Shown here: positions 18,657 through 27,957 of the stretch, in pieces | Layout of the letters: each line of letters opens with the position of its first letter | Position numbering within the stretch: position 1 is the first letter of the stretch | Assembly: GCA_028693815.1 (NCBI GenBank) | Contig: JAQUUP010000009.1 | Span: forward strand, 1,779 to 65,778 | Origin: Candidatus Omnitrophota bacterium | GTDB lineage: Bacteria > Omnitrophota > Gorgyraeia > Zapsychrales > Aceulaceae | Direction of reading: 5' to 3' | Length of the DNA stretch: 64,000 nucleotides | Position numbers and translations under genes: made by a program | Notes under the pieces: generated by a model | Told to the model about the DNA's origin: nothing | Databases searched by the model: none | What the model saw: only the letters and a program-made list of their open reading frames with translations

Positions 18657-19306
18657 AGTTTTTTCCTTATGTGTTCAATGAGATCTTTAGCCATGTGTTC
18701 TTTTGAATGTTGATTTGATAAAACGTCGCCCTTTTCATCAACAATAAAGCTTGTGTATGATTTTTGCGAAGCGACATTAACAACAACAAGATTGCATTTG
18801 GCTTTTTGAATCAGTGTTTCAGATCGAGCGATGAGAAATTCTTTTTTAGCATCTGATTCAAGCTTAAATCCGACAAGAAAAGTTTTTGGAGAAATTTTTT
18901 TTATTTTTTGAATTAATTTTTGTGTTGGAACTAGATCTAATTTAAATTCAGAAAGATTCGAGTTGATTTTTTTAGTATAAGGTTTGCGAAGCTTGTAATC
19001 TGAAACAGCAGCTGCATGAATAACAACATCATAGGATGTTTTTTTTAGTTCTGACAAAAGTATTCGCGAAAGTTCATCAAAAAATCGAAAATTTAGAATG
19101 CGATTCGGCATATGTCGAAGAGGATGTGTGACGGGTCCTTGGACCAGAGTCGTGTTTGCTCCTTCTCGAGATAAAAGGTGGGAAATGCGATGTCCGATCT
19201 CTCCTGTTGACGCGTTACTGATGACGCGCATTTGATCAATCGGAACCCATGTGGGTCCGCAGGTAATAAGTATTTTTTTATTTTTTAGGGGTCTATTTAA
19301 ATCCAA
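18653..19306 (-). CDS. coaB: Stand-alone phosphopantothenate--cysteine ligase (CoaB domain).
   Basis: ILITCGPTWVPIDQMRVISNASTGEIG matches the DFP/CoaB motif ILITAGPTxEPIDPVRxIxNxSSG. Confidence 0.7.
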   Translation of the reverse strand: MDLNRPLKNKKILITCGPTWVPIDQMRVISNASTGEIGHRISHLLSREGANTTLVQGPVTHPLRHMPNRILNFRFFDELSRILLSELKKTSYDVVIHAAAVSDYKLRKPYTKKINSNLSEFKLDLVPTQKLIQKIKKISPKTFLVGFKLESDAKKEFLIARSETLIQKAKCNLVVVNVASQKSYTSFIVDEKGDVLSNQHSKEHMAKDLIEHIRKKL

Positions 19307-20348
19307 TTTTCTTCAAGATCGCTTTCAAGTCAGGTTCAATAACAGATGGTTTTTGCACGTTTTCAATGGCGAGATTTGGATCTTTTAATCCGTGGCCTGT
19401 TAACGTACATACGATGGTTCCTTTTTGATTCTCAAAAAAGTTTGCTTGATGCAGTTTTAAAATTCCAGCAACAGAAGCCGCTGATGCGGGCTCTGCAAAA
19501 ATGCCTTCTTCTTGAGCTAATATTTTGTAAGCTTGTAAAATTTCTTGATCCGTTACTTTGTCGATGATTCCCCCGGATTCGTCACGTGCTTGTTCGGCAG
19601 TTTTCCAGCTAGCAGGATTTCCGATGCGGATAGCAGTTGCAAGTGTTTCTGGATTTTCAATAATGTGTCCATCGACAATTGGTGCTGATTTTGCAGCTTG
19701 AAATCCAAGCATTCTAGGGAGATGGGTTGTTTTTCCTGCATGTTTATACTCTTTGTAGGCTTTCCAGTATGCGGTGATATTTCCGGCATTGCCGACAGGA
19801 ATAGCATGGAAAACAGGCGCATTAGATAGAAAGTCGCAAATTTCAAAGGCCGCTGATTTTTGTCCTTCAATCCGAAATGGATTCAGTGAATTGACGAGCT
19901 CGATAGGATAGTTTGATGTAATTTCCTTTACTAGCGTTAGGGCTTGATCGAAATTACCATTGATGGCAATAACTTGTGCGTTGTGAATCATGGCTTGTGC
20001 AAGTTTTCCAAGTGCGATATTCCCATCTGGAATTAAAACAATACATTTTAGTCCACACCGAGCTGAATATGCGGCTGCTGATGCAGATGTATTTCCGGTC
20101 GAGGCACACATGACCGCAGTGGCATTATTTTCTTTTGCTTTTGATATTGCCATCGTCATGCCGCGATCTTTAAACGATCCTGTTGGATTGGCTCCATCAT
20201 ATTTTAAATAAACATCAAGACCAATTTTCTTACTTAAGAAATTTGATAAAATTAAAGGAGTGTTTCCTTCTTGAAGAGAAACAATTGGTGTTTTATCCGT
20301 GACAGGTAAAAAGTCACGATATTTTTTAATGATGCCTTCCCATTTCAT
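19293..20348 (-). CDS. thrC: Threonine synthase.
   Basis: The PLP-lysine region GNTPL...GANPTGSFKDRGMT. Confidence 0.9.
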   Translation of the reverse strand: MKWEGIIKKYRDFLPVTDKTPIVSLQEGNTPLILSNFLSKKIGLDVYLKYDGANPTGSFKDRGMTMAISKAKENNATAVMCASTGNTSASAAAYSARCGLKCIVLIPDGNIALGKLAQAMIHNAQVIAINGNFDQALTLVKEITSNYPIELVNSLNPFRIEGQKSAAFEICDFLSNAPVFHAIPVGNAGNITAYWKAYKEYKHAGKTTHLPRMLGFQAAKSAPIVDGHIIENPETLATAIRIGNPASWKTAEQARDESGGIIDKVTDQEILQAYKILAQEEGIFAEPASAASVAGILKLHQANFFENQKGTIVCTLTGHGLKDPNLAIENVQKPSVIEPDLKAILKKIGFK

Positions 20349-20349
20349 T

Positions 20350-21645
20350 TTACAGATTCTCCATTCGAATAGCCACAGGCTTGCTTTTTACAAGAGCTAG
20401 CTTTGAGATTTTTTCTAAGGCAATCCGAAGCTTTTTCTCTTTAGCTAAATCTGTTAGCATGACAAGAGGGGCCACAGACGCTTTCTTTTGAGTTTTTTGA
20501 TTGACAGATCCAATGCTAATGCCATGTTTTCCGAGAATGCCAGAAATTTTGGATAAGACACCCGGTTTATTGGTAACAAGTAAACGGATATAAAATTTTG
20601 TTTCGATTTGATCAATTTGTTTTAGTTTAATTGAGCGATTTTCATATGCAATATTTTTCATGCGTGTTCTGGCAATGTTCTTGCCTTTTGTCGCAAGGTT
20701 GATGAGATCACTGACAACGCCAGAGGCAGCGGCAAGCTGCCCTGCTCCCTGCCCGTAGAGTAAGATGTCGCCCAGCGGATCAGTTTCAAGAAAGATTGCA
20801 TTAAAAACACCGTTTACAGATGCAAGTGGATGGTCTTCATCGATGAGCGTTGGATGAACGCGAAGCTCAAGTGCGTTATTTACCATTTTCGCAATTGCTA
20901 AAGGCTTGATCACAAGACCTAAATCTTTCGCATATTTGATATCGTCATGAGAAATTTGAGTAATGCCCTCTACATGAATATTTTTAAGATTAATAACTTT
21001 TCCAAACGCGAGATGAACTAAGATACTAAGTTTGTGTGCAGCATCCATGCCATTGACATCGAGCGTTGGATTGCTTTCGGCATATCCATTTTTTTGAGCT
21101 TTTATTAAAGCATCGGCAAAGGTGCATAGGGTTTGCGTCATTTCGCTTAAGATAAAGTTTGAAGTTCCGTTGATAATTCCATAAAGACTTGTAAAATTGT
21201 TGCCTGCTAGCCCTTCGGTGATGGCATTGATAATTGGAACGCCTGCTCCAACGGATGACTCAAAATAAATATTTTTCTTTTGTTTGATTGCTTCTTTAAA
21301 AAGTTCAGGCCCGTATTTTGCAATAACAGCTTTGTTTGCGGTGATCACGTGTTTTTTAGATCGAAGCGCTTGTAAGATAAATTCTTTGGCAGGATGTGTC
21401 CCTCCAATAAGTTCGATGATAACATCAATATTCTCATCATCTAATACATCGTTTGCTTTGGTTGTGAAAAGATTCTTTGATAGTTTTATTTTTTTTGCAA
21501 TCGCAGAATTCTTGTCGCAGATTTTTTTAACGACAAATTCTGTTTGAAATCTTTTTAAAAAAGTTTTATTTTGGTTTTTAAGAATTTTAATAACACCGGC
21601 TCCTACAGTACCGCAACCAATTAAACCAATATTAATTTTACTCAT
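20350..21645 (-). CDS. hom: Homoserine dehydrogenase with a C-terminal ACT domain.
   Basis: N-terminal NAD-binding IGLIGCGTVG and the Hom catalytic region. Confidence 0.9.
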   Translation of the reverse strand: MSKINIGLIGCGTVGAGVIKILKNQNKTFLKRFQTEFVVKKICDKNSAIAKKIKLSKNLFTTKANDVLDDENIDVIIELIGGTHPAKEFILQALRSKKHVITANKAVIAKYGPELFKEAIKQKKNIYFESSVGAGVPIINAITEGLAGNNFTSLYGIINGTSNFILSEMTQTLCTFADALIKAQKNGYAESNPTLDVNGMDAAHKLSILVHLAFGKVINLKNIHVEGITQISHDDIKYAKDLGLVIKPLAIAKMVNNALELRVHPTLIDEDHPLASVNGVFNAIFLETDPLGDILLYGQGAGQLAAASGVVSDLINLATKGKNIARTRMKNIAYENRSIKLKQIDQIETKFYIRLLVTNKPGVLSKISGILGKHGISIGSVNQKTQKKASVAPLVMLTDLAKEKKLRIALEKISKLALVKSKPVAIRMENL

Positions 21646-21666
21646 ATCAAAAATTCCTTTTGTTAA

Positions 21667-22050
21667 TTAATAATCTTGTTGAGATTTTAAAAAAGCTTCT
21701 TCAATTTTCTTAAAAATCGCATCCGCATCAGCATCGAGATCTTTAATTTCAACGCGGATTTCATAGATCACTCCAGGGATTCTTTCCTTGCATTCTAGAA
21801 CTGTTCCCTGAACGCTAAGGGTACTTGCCATATAAGGTGTCTTGATCATGATCTGAAGTTTTTTACCAGGGGCGTGTATAACGCTACTTGAAAACAGAAC
21901 CCCACCACGGCTAATATTTCTTAGTTGTGAAATGCTATGCTCTGCATCTTGTTTATCAGCTTCAAAGAAAGTAACAATAAAATGTTTTTCAACGCGAGGA
22001 TATTTTCGACGGTCTTCTCTTTCGTTTGGATTTATTGGACTATCTGTCAT
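21667..22050 (-). CDS. Single-domain PilZ (c-di-GMP-binding) protein.
   Basis: RRKYPRVE (RxxxR) and NISRGG (D/NxSxxG) motifs; 127 aa. Confidence 0.6.
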   Translation of the reverse strand: MTDSPINPNEREDRRKYPRVEKHFIVTFFEADKQDAEHSISQLRNISRGGVLFSSSVIHAPGKKLQIMIKTPYMASTLSVQGTVLECKERIPGVIYEIRVEIKDLDADADAIFKKIEEAFLKSQQDY

Positions 22051-22074
22051 GATATCTCCTCTTTTCTTTAGAAT

Positions 22075-22153
22075 TGGTCGGAGCGGTGAGACTCGAACTC
22101 ACGACCTCTTGAACCCCATTCAAGTGCGCTAATCCAGACTGCGCTACGCTCCG
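22075..22153 (-). tRNA. tRNA-Pro (anticodon GGG), CCA encoded.
   Basis: Hand-folded cloverleaf: acceptor CGGAGCG/CGCTCCG, anticodon stem CTTGA/TCAAG, loop AUGGGGU, T-loop TTCGAGT. Confidence 0.8.
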
Positions 22154-22160
22154 AATAATT

Positions 22161-23156
22161 TTATTCAGATTTCATTCTTCGATTCATCAAGTCTCTGACA
22201 GCAATAGAAGCTTTTTTATTTTTATAAAGAATATTAAAAACTTCTGCTGTAATTGGCATTGAAATGTTGCATTTTTGGCTTAATCGATAAACCCCTTTGG
22301 CGGTTGGGACTCCTTCAGCAACCATTGCCATTGACGACATAATATTTTTTAAGGTCTTTCCTTTTCCTAGCTGTTCTCCAACAAAACGGTTGCGACTTTT
22401 AGGGCTAAAGCATGTTGTTGTTAGATCTCCTAGACCGCTAAGGCCTGAAAATGTTTTTGATTTTGCGCCAAGCGCTTTTCCAAGCCGAGACATTTCTGCG
22501 AGGCCGCGAGATAAAATGGCAGCTTTTGTATTCGTTCCTAATCCTAGTCCATCACAAACACCACAAGCAATGGCAATAATATTTTTGATACTGCCGCCTA
22601 GCTCTACTCCTATAATATCAGAATTTGTATAAATGCGAAAGGTTGGAGAGTTAAAAACTTTCTGGAGTTTCTTCGCAAGCGGCGCATTATGAGAGGCAAT
22701 AACAGCTGTTGACGGAATGCCTTTGGCCACTTCAATGGCGATTGTTGGCCCTGATAAAACAGCAAATTTAACGGCCCCTAGCTCTTCATGGATAAGTTCT
22801 GACATTCTTTTAAGCGACGAAGTATTGATTCCTTTAACAACGCTTAAAAATATTTTTTTAGAGATATCGTTCTTTTTAATTTCCTTTAAAGTCGATCTTA
22901 AGAATTCTGAAGGAACTGCAAGGACAATAACATCAGAATAATTAAGCGCATCTTTAAGAGATTCTAGGAGCATTATTTTTTTAGGGATATCAATGCCGGG
23001 TAGAAATTTTTGGTTTTTTCTAGTTTTTTGCATTTTTTTGATATATTCAGGAAAAGCTCCCCATAGACAGACAGAATGACCATTTTTGCATAAAAGAATG
23101 GCTAGAGTTGTTCCCCAGCCGCCATCGCCAATAACTGAAATCTTTGTTTGTTTCAT
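22161..23156 (-). CDS. gpsA: NAD(P)H-dependent glycerol-3-phosphate dehydrogenase.
   Basis: KISVIGDGGWGTTLA N-terminus and GpsA similarity. Confidence 0.9.
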   Translation of the reverse strand: MKQTKISVIGDGGWGTTLAILLCKNGHSVCLWGAFPEYIKKMQKTRKNQKFLPGIDIPKKIMLLESLKDALNYSDVIVLAVPSEFLRSTLKEIKKNDISKKIFLSVVKGINTSSLKRMSELIHEELGAVKFAVLSGPTIAIEVAKGIPSTAVIASHNAPLAKKLQKVFNSPTFRIYTNSDIIGVELGGSIKNIIAIACGVCDGLGLGTNTKAAILSRGLAEMSRLGKALGAKSKTFSGLSGLGDLTTTCFSPKSRNRFVGEQLGKGKTLKNIMSSMAMVAEGVPTAKGVYRLSQKCNISMPITAEVFNILYKNKKASIAVRDLMNRRMKSE

Positions 23157-23272
23157 AGAATTTTCCTATTAATATGAATATATTTACTTAATTATATTAT
23201 ATTCTAATGGTCTTGCAAGGGAAATGTCGTAATTTTAGGATAAGAAAAAGGACGAGAATAAGCGCTATTCGA

Positions 23273-23977
23273 TTATTTCCAGACAAAAATTTCTCTGAAA
23301 ACTTCGTACATGTAAGCTGAGCCCCAGCGGATAATTTGAAGTTTACGTTCTCCGCCTTCTCTTGCTGGTTCGTCACCTGGAATATCTGCAACGCTTAGTT
23401 TTCTTTTGGCGGCTCGGATTGATAAAAGTGGCTCCCAGCTAACATCTGTATGAAAAAGCTTCTCTTCTGTTTCATAACTGCTATGTTTGTGCAAGTCTAG
23501 GTCGTAAATGAGTTTTGTTTTGTAGGCACGAAACATTACCATAGCATCTGTATAGTGTCCACCATGGAAAAGGTTAATGAAAGTTGTAAACATTTTATTT
23601 CCGAAAGCGGTGACGATGTCATCATCATAGCTTTTAGCCTTACCGGCGTATCGTGAAACAATGACCATGTCATGGCCTTCTTTCATTTTATTGATGCAGT
23701 CAGGGATAAGTTCTGGAATGCTGTTTCCATCTGGGCTAAAGGTAAGAAGAACATCGCCTTCAATGTGCGGAAGTGCTTCAATATAGGCATGGCGCAATCC
23801 TTTTCGTTTTTGGATAATTAACGGCCAGCCTTGTTCTTTCACGTATTCAATTGTTCCATCCTTTGATTGGCCGTCTACGATTAAAAGTTGATCGTACCAC
23901 TCTTTTTTAATGCGTGGCATGATTGCTTTTAATCCTTGGATTTCATTTAACGTTGGAAGAAATAGGGTGACTTTCAT
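23273..23977 (-). CDS. Family 2 glycosyltransferase (dolichyl/polyprenyl-phosphate sugar transferase-like).
   Basis: GT-A fold motifs (LPTLNE...DGQSKDGT...). No TM segment seen. Confidence 0.7.
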   Translation of the reverse strand: MKVTLFLPTLNEIQGLKAIMPRIKKEWYDQLLIVDGQSKDGTIEYVKEQGWPLIIQKRKGLRHAYIEALPHIEGDVLLTFSPDGNSIPELIPDCINKMKEGHDMVIVSRYAGKAKSYDDDIVTAFGNKMFTTFINLFHGGHYTDAMVMFRAYKTKLIYDLDLHKHSSYETEEKLFHTDVSWEPLLSIRAAKRKLSVADIPGDEPAREGGERKLQIIRWGSAYMYEVFREIFVWK

Positions 23978-24004
23978 CGTTTCGCAGCTCCTTTAAGTAA
24001 AAAA

Positions 24005-24078
24005 TGGAGCGAGAGAAGGGAATCGAACCCTCGTATCAAGCTTGGAAGGCTTGTGTTCTGCCACTGAACTACTCTCGC
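24005..24078 (-). tRNA. tRNA-Gly (anticodon UCC), CCA encoded.
   Basis: Hand-folded: GCGAGAG acceptor, anticodon loop CUUCCAA, T-loop TTCGATT. Confidence 0.85.
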
Positions 24079-24087
24079 AAAAATTAC

Positions 24088-24173
24088 TGGTGGGCAGAGA
24101 AGGATTCGAACCTCCGTAGCGCAGGCGCAGCAGATTTACAGTCTGCCCTCGTTGACCGCTTGAGTATCTGCCC
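24088..24173 (-). tRNA. tRNA-Tyr (anticodon GUA), long variable arm, CCA encoded.
   Basis: Hand-folded: anticodon stem GCAGA/TCTGC, loop CUGUAAA; 86 nt. Confidence 0.85.
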
Positions 24174-24182
24174 ATAAAGAAA

Positions 24183-24258
<76 letters not shown>

Positions 24259-24490
24259 AATTTTCCTTAGTTTAAAATTAAGAAAGAATTGCGCTATACT
24301 TGCTTTTCATAATTTGATTATTAGAAAAACATGGTACAGCAAACTTATCTTTATATTTGATACTTTATAAATAATATTCTTTAAAACGAGATTTACTTAT
24401 AACAGATTTCTTTATCGCTGTAAAGTATGTTTTTATATTAATGCAAGCCTGCTCTTTTTTCGGCCTCTCTTCCTTGCTTATTTTAATATT

Positions 24491-24520
24491 TTACAATTGA
24501 TTTTAAACAGTGAATATGAT
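24491..24520 (+). promoter_or_regulatory. Candidate sigma70-like promoter for pfk.
   Basis: TTACAA-N18-TATGAT. It lies ~145 nt upstream of the start codon, so it implies a long 5' leader. Confidence 0.25.
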
Positions 24521-24665
24521 ACGCTAGCTTCTGTTCGTTGTAAGGGTTGATTCAACTTATTAATTAGAAATCCCGATACGCTGCACGTACGGGATAAATT
24601 CGCGCAGATAACTTAGCGTTTCTGCTAGTCACGTAAGTTATGCGCTCATTTAAAGGAGATTTTTG

Positions 24666-25871
24666 ATGAAGAAAATTGGAATTATCACAAGCGGTGGAGA
24701 TTGCGGAGGGCTTAATGCTGTTGTTAAAGGTGTTGCACAAATGGCAAATCGAAAAGGTGTTTCTTGCCATGTAATACCAAATGGTTACGCAGGACTTTAT
24801 AATTTATCTGATTTTGATAGTCTTGTGGAACTTACTCCAGAAAGAATTGATTCAGTTAGTTCAGCTTTGGCTGGCTCTGAGGCTGGGCATTCACGTGTTA
24901 AGATTAAGAAAATTAAAGATGATAAAAAATATGATCGCATTAAAGAAGGTCTTAAGAAATTCGGTATTGATGGCCTTGTTATTAGCGGTGGTGATGACAC
25001 CGGAAGTGTTATTGTTGACCTGTCTGAGCATGGGATTAAATGTGTCCATGCGCCAAAAACCATGGATCTTGATCTTCAGACATATTCTGTTGGAGCGGAT
25101 TCAACTATTAGTCGCATAGCCACTTTTGCGCAGGATTTAAAGACAACGGGAAGAACACATAACCGCATTATTGTTATGGAAGTTTTTGGTCGATATGCAG
25201 GTCATACAGCTTTTCGTGGTGGAGTGGCAGCTGATGCAGACGCTATTCTTATTCCAGAGATTCCTGTTGATTTTGATGTGCTTTATCATCATGTTAAGAA
25301 ACGTTTTTCAAGACGCATCGAACAAAGCGATGTTCGCGCTGGAACATATTTAATTGTTGTTGCTGAGGGTTTAAGAAATTCGAATGGTGAAGAATTAGTT
25401 GATGAATCTGCTGGAGTTGATGCGTTTGGACATAAAAAACTCACTGGATCTGGAAAATATGTTTGCCAAGAACTTACAAAGCGTTTTAAAAAAGATGCTG
25501 AAATTAAGAAATTTATGGAAAAACAAAAGATGTATGTGGAAGGTTTGTATGAAATACCAGAAGTGCGTTCAGTTGCACCAGGACATCTGGTTCGATGCGG
25601 ACAATCCTCTGCTTATGATGCAAATTTTGGTAAAGAAGCTGGAGCCGCAGCGGTCCTTCTTCTTTGTGAAGGTATTGATGGCGTTACCGTTGTTGGCGTT
25701 AGCGGAAAGAAAATTCGCTACATGGAAACAAAGAAAGCTATTGAACAGCGTCACGTTGATTTAGATGTTGCTTCATTGCACGAAACATTGGGTATTTGTT
25801 TCGGACGTCCGCGTCCAGAAATTAAACCTATTTTTGAGAAAACTGAAGGACCGATCGAACGACATTTGTAA
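24666..25871 (+). CDS. pfk: 6-phosphofructokinase (PfkA family; ATP- or PPi-dependent not resolvable by eye).
   Basis: IGIITSGGDCGGLNA and ISGGDDTGS motifs. AGGAGA sits 6 nt before ATG at 24666. Confidence 0.85.
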   Translation: MKKIGIITSGGDCGGLNAVVKGVAQMANRKGVSCHVIPNGYAGLYNLSDFDSLVELTPERIDSVSSALAGSEAGHSRVKIKKIKDDKKYDRIKEGLKKFGIDGLVISGGDDTGSVIVDLSEHGIKCVHAPKTMDLDLQTYSVGADSTISRIATFAQDLKTTGRTHNRIIVMEVFGRYAGHTAFRGGVAADADAILIPEIPVDFDVLYHHVKKRFSRRIEQSDVRAGTYLIVVAEGLRNSNGEELVDESAGVDAFGHKKLTGSGKYVCQELTKRFKKDAEIKKFMEKQKMYVEGLYEIPEVRSVAPGHLVRCGQSSAYDANFGKEAGAAAVLLLCEGIDGVTVVGVSGKKIRYMETKKAIEQRHVDLDVASLHETLGICFGRPRPEIKPIFEKTEGPIERHL

Positions 25872-25888
25872 GAATAAAAAAGTTGATA

Positions 25889-25928
25889 AAAAAGGGCTCA
25901 TGGAAATATTTCCATGAGCCCTTTTTAG
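25889..25928. terminator. Bidirectional rho-independent terminator between convergent pfk and nnrD.
   Basis: AAAAAA-GGGCTCATGGAAATATTTCCATGAGCCC-TTTTT: perfect GC-containing stem with an A-run before and a T-run after. Confidence 0.75.
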
Positions 25929-25938
25929 TTTTAAGATC

Positions 25939-26826
25939 TTAATCTTGAAGTGCTTTTTTAAAAGCAGCGGGAATGTTATCAATTAAATCTGTTGCAATAA
26001 GTGAAACCTTAGTTTTTTTCTTTGCTGCAATATCTCCTGCTTTTCCATGCAAAAAAGTTGCATATTTAGAAGCATCAAAACCTGAAAGCCCTTGTGCTAA
26101 GAATGCAGTAATCATTCCCGTTAGGACGTCTCCAGTTCCAGCTGTTGCAAGCCCAGAATTTCCAGTTTTGTTGACATAGATTTTTCCCCAAGAAGATGCA
26201 ACGACAGTACGAGATCCCTTTAAGACAAGAATGCAATCATATTTCTTTGCAAAAGTTTTGGCTACGGATTCCCGGTTTGATTCAACATATGTTTTTGTTT
26301 TTCCAGTTAGCCTGGCCATTTCTCCTAAGTGCGGAGTAAGAACGCGCACGCCTCCCTTTGTTTCTAGAATAGAGATATTTTCTGATAAAGCATTTAGAGC
26401 ATCGGCATCAATAACCATGGGGTTCTTTATCGATGAAATTGCTTTTAAGATAAAACGTTTCGTTTCTTTGTTCTGCGAGAGCCCTGGGCCGATTGCAACG
26501 GATTGATATTTTGAGAGTTCTTTTTTGATATCGTTTAAAGCAGAGCATGAAATTGTTTGCTCTTTTGTTTCTTTTAGAGGCCAGGTCATGATGACTGGAG
26601 AAATCTTTTTTTGTGCGATGGCGTTAAGGCTTTTTGGAATGCCGAGAGTAACAAGACCTGCTCCAGAGCGGATAGCGGAAAGACTGCTAAGGACACCTGC
26701 CCCTAGCATACGTTTTGACCCGGCAATAACAAGGACATGGCCAAAAGTATTTTTGTGTGATTTTGAATTACATCGTAATAATGGCGTTGGCAACCGCATA
26801 GTTTTTTGTATGGGATAACGAGACAA
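25939..26826 (-). CDS. nnrD: ADP-dependent (S)-NAD(P)H-hydrate dehydratase (YjeF C-terminal domain family).
   Basis: HKNTFGHVLVIAGS...GAG motif of the YjeF_C/carbohydrate-kinase family. The start is uncertain because it overlaps acpS. Confidence 0.75.
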   Translation of the reverse strand: MSRYPIQKTMRLPTPLLRCNSKSHKNTFGHVLVIAGSKRMLGAGVLSSLSAIRSGAGLVTLGIPKSLNAIAQKKISPVIMTWPLKETKEQTISCSALNDIKKELSKYQSVAIGPGLSQNKETKRFILKAISSIKNPMVIDADALNALSENISILETKGGVRVLTPHLGEMARLTGKTKTYVESNRESVAKTFAKKYDCILVLKGSRTVVASSWGKIYVNKTGNSGLATAGTGDVLTGMITAFLAQGLSGFDASKYATFLHGKAGDIAAKKKTKVSLIATDLIDNIPAAFKKALQD

Positions 26827-27118
26827 AGATTTTTTTGTTAAATTCTTTTATATGAAAAATACAAGATGGCTTGCCATTATGTTGGTTTATAATTTCGATG
26901 TCCTTCCATCCGACGTGTGCATTTTCACCTAACGCTTTCAAAACAGCTTCTTTAGCAGCGAAACGCGCAGCGAGGTGTTGCTCTGGGTATCGTCTTTTTT
27001 TTGCATAGGCAATCTCTTGATCTGTAAAGACGTGCTTTAGAAAATCATCGCCCCATCTTTTGATGGCTCTTGAGATGCGTTCGACTTCAACAATATCTGT
27101 TCCGTGACCTAGAATCAT
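26768..27118 (-). CDS. acpS: Holo-[acyl-carrier-protein] synthase.
   Basis: MILGHGTDIVEVERI and 4'-phosphopantetheinyl transferase similarity. Confidence 0.85.
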   Translation of the reverse strand: MILGHGTDIVEVERISRAIKRWGDDFLKHVFTDQEIAYAKKRRYPEQHLAARFAAKEAVLKALGENAHVGWKDIEIINQHNGKPSCIFHIKEFNKKIFVSLSHTKNYAVANAIITM

Positions 27119-27119
27119 T

Positions 27120-27833
27120 TTATTTCACCAGTTTCATCATATCTTTTACAGCTTTTTTAAGGCCGACAAAAATCGAATGAGCAATGATAGAGTGCCCGAT
27201 ATTAAGCTCATTTATTTCTTTGATTTTTGCAATTGGTTTTGTGTTTTGATAGTTTAGTCCGTGGCCGGCATTAACAATGATGCCGATTTCTTTTCCAAAT
27301 TTTGCAGCGTTTTTTATTTTCTTAAGTTCTCGTTCTTTGTTTAGCTTTGTTTTTGCATTGGCGTATTGTCCGGTATGAAGTTCGATGGAATTTGCGCCAA
27401 GTTCTTTTGATCTTAAAATTTGTTTTTTTTCTGCATCAATAAAAAGACTTACAGCAATACCTTTTTGGCTGAGACGCTTGATCACTTGTTTTAGCCGATA
27501 GGAATGTCGAATCACATCAAGGCCCCCTTCGGTCGTGAGCTCCTTACGTTTTTCCGGGACAAGCGTTACTTGATCAGGTTTTAGTTGGCATGCAATTTTT
27601 ACAATATCTTCGTTCGCAGACATTTCAAGATTAAAGCGAGTTTTGACTTCTTTTCTCAGCTGCCAAACGTCTTTATCATTTATATGTCGTCGATCTTCTC
27701 GTAAATGCGCAACAATGCTATGCGCCCCTGCTTGTTCACAAATTTTTGCTGCATTTACAGGACAAGGAAGAAGTTCTCCTCTTGCCTGGCGAATTGTGGC
27801 GACATGATCAATATTGACTCCTAGCTTTGGCAT
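27120..27833 (-). CDS. pdxJ: Pyridoxine 5'-phosphate synthase.
   Basis: MPKLGVNIDHVATIRQARG N-terminus. Confidence 0.9.
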   Translation of the reverse strand: MPKLGVNIDHVATIRQARGELLPCPVNAAKICEQAGAHSIVAHLREDRRHINDKDVWQLRKEVKTRFNLEMSANEDIVKIACQLKPDQVTLVPEKRKELTTEGGLDVIRHSYRLKQVIKRLSQKGIAVSLFIDAEKKQILRSKELGANSIELHTGQYANAKTKLNKERELKKIKNAAKFGKEIGIIVNAGHGLNYQNTKPIAKIKEINELNIGHSIIAHSIFVGLKKAVKDMMKLVK

Positions 27834-27854
27834 GGTAAATTTTTTGCGTAAAAA

Positions 27855-27956
27855 TTAAGTTTGGACTAAAGCCCCATTGACATAAAGCCATGTGATAATG
27901 GCTAAGCCTAAAGCAATGAGTTTTAGAGCTAGGTTGTGTGTCAGCCACTTTTTCAT
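27855..27956 (-). CDS. Candidate 33-aa single-TM micro-protein, translationally coupled to cdaA.
   Basis: ATG at 27954-27956 lies 1 nt after the cdaA stop codon. The ORF MKKWLTHNLALKLIALGLAIITWLYVNGALVQT* is hydrophobic and ends at TAA 27855-27857. It was not in the ORF track because it is below 60 aa. Confidence 0.3.
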   Translation of the reverse strand: MKKWLTHNLALKLIALGLAIITWLYVNGALVQT

Positions 27957-27957
27957 T

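Noticed and set aside
23993-24175. 60-aa minus-strand ORF overlapping the tRNA-Gly and tRNA-Tyr genes.
   Set aside because: Fully overlapped by two well-folding tRNAs; spurious.
24781-25119. Overlapping ORFs on both strands inside pfk.
   Set aside because: They are contained in a gene with clear PFK motifs.
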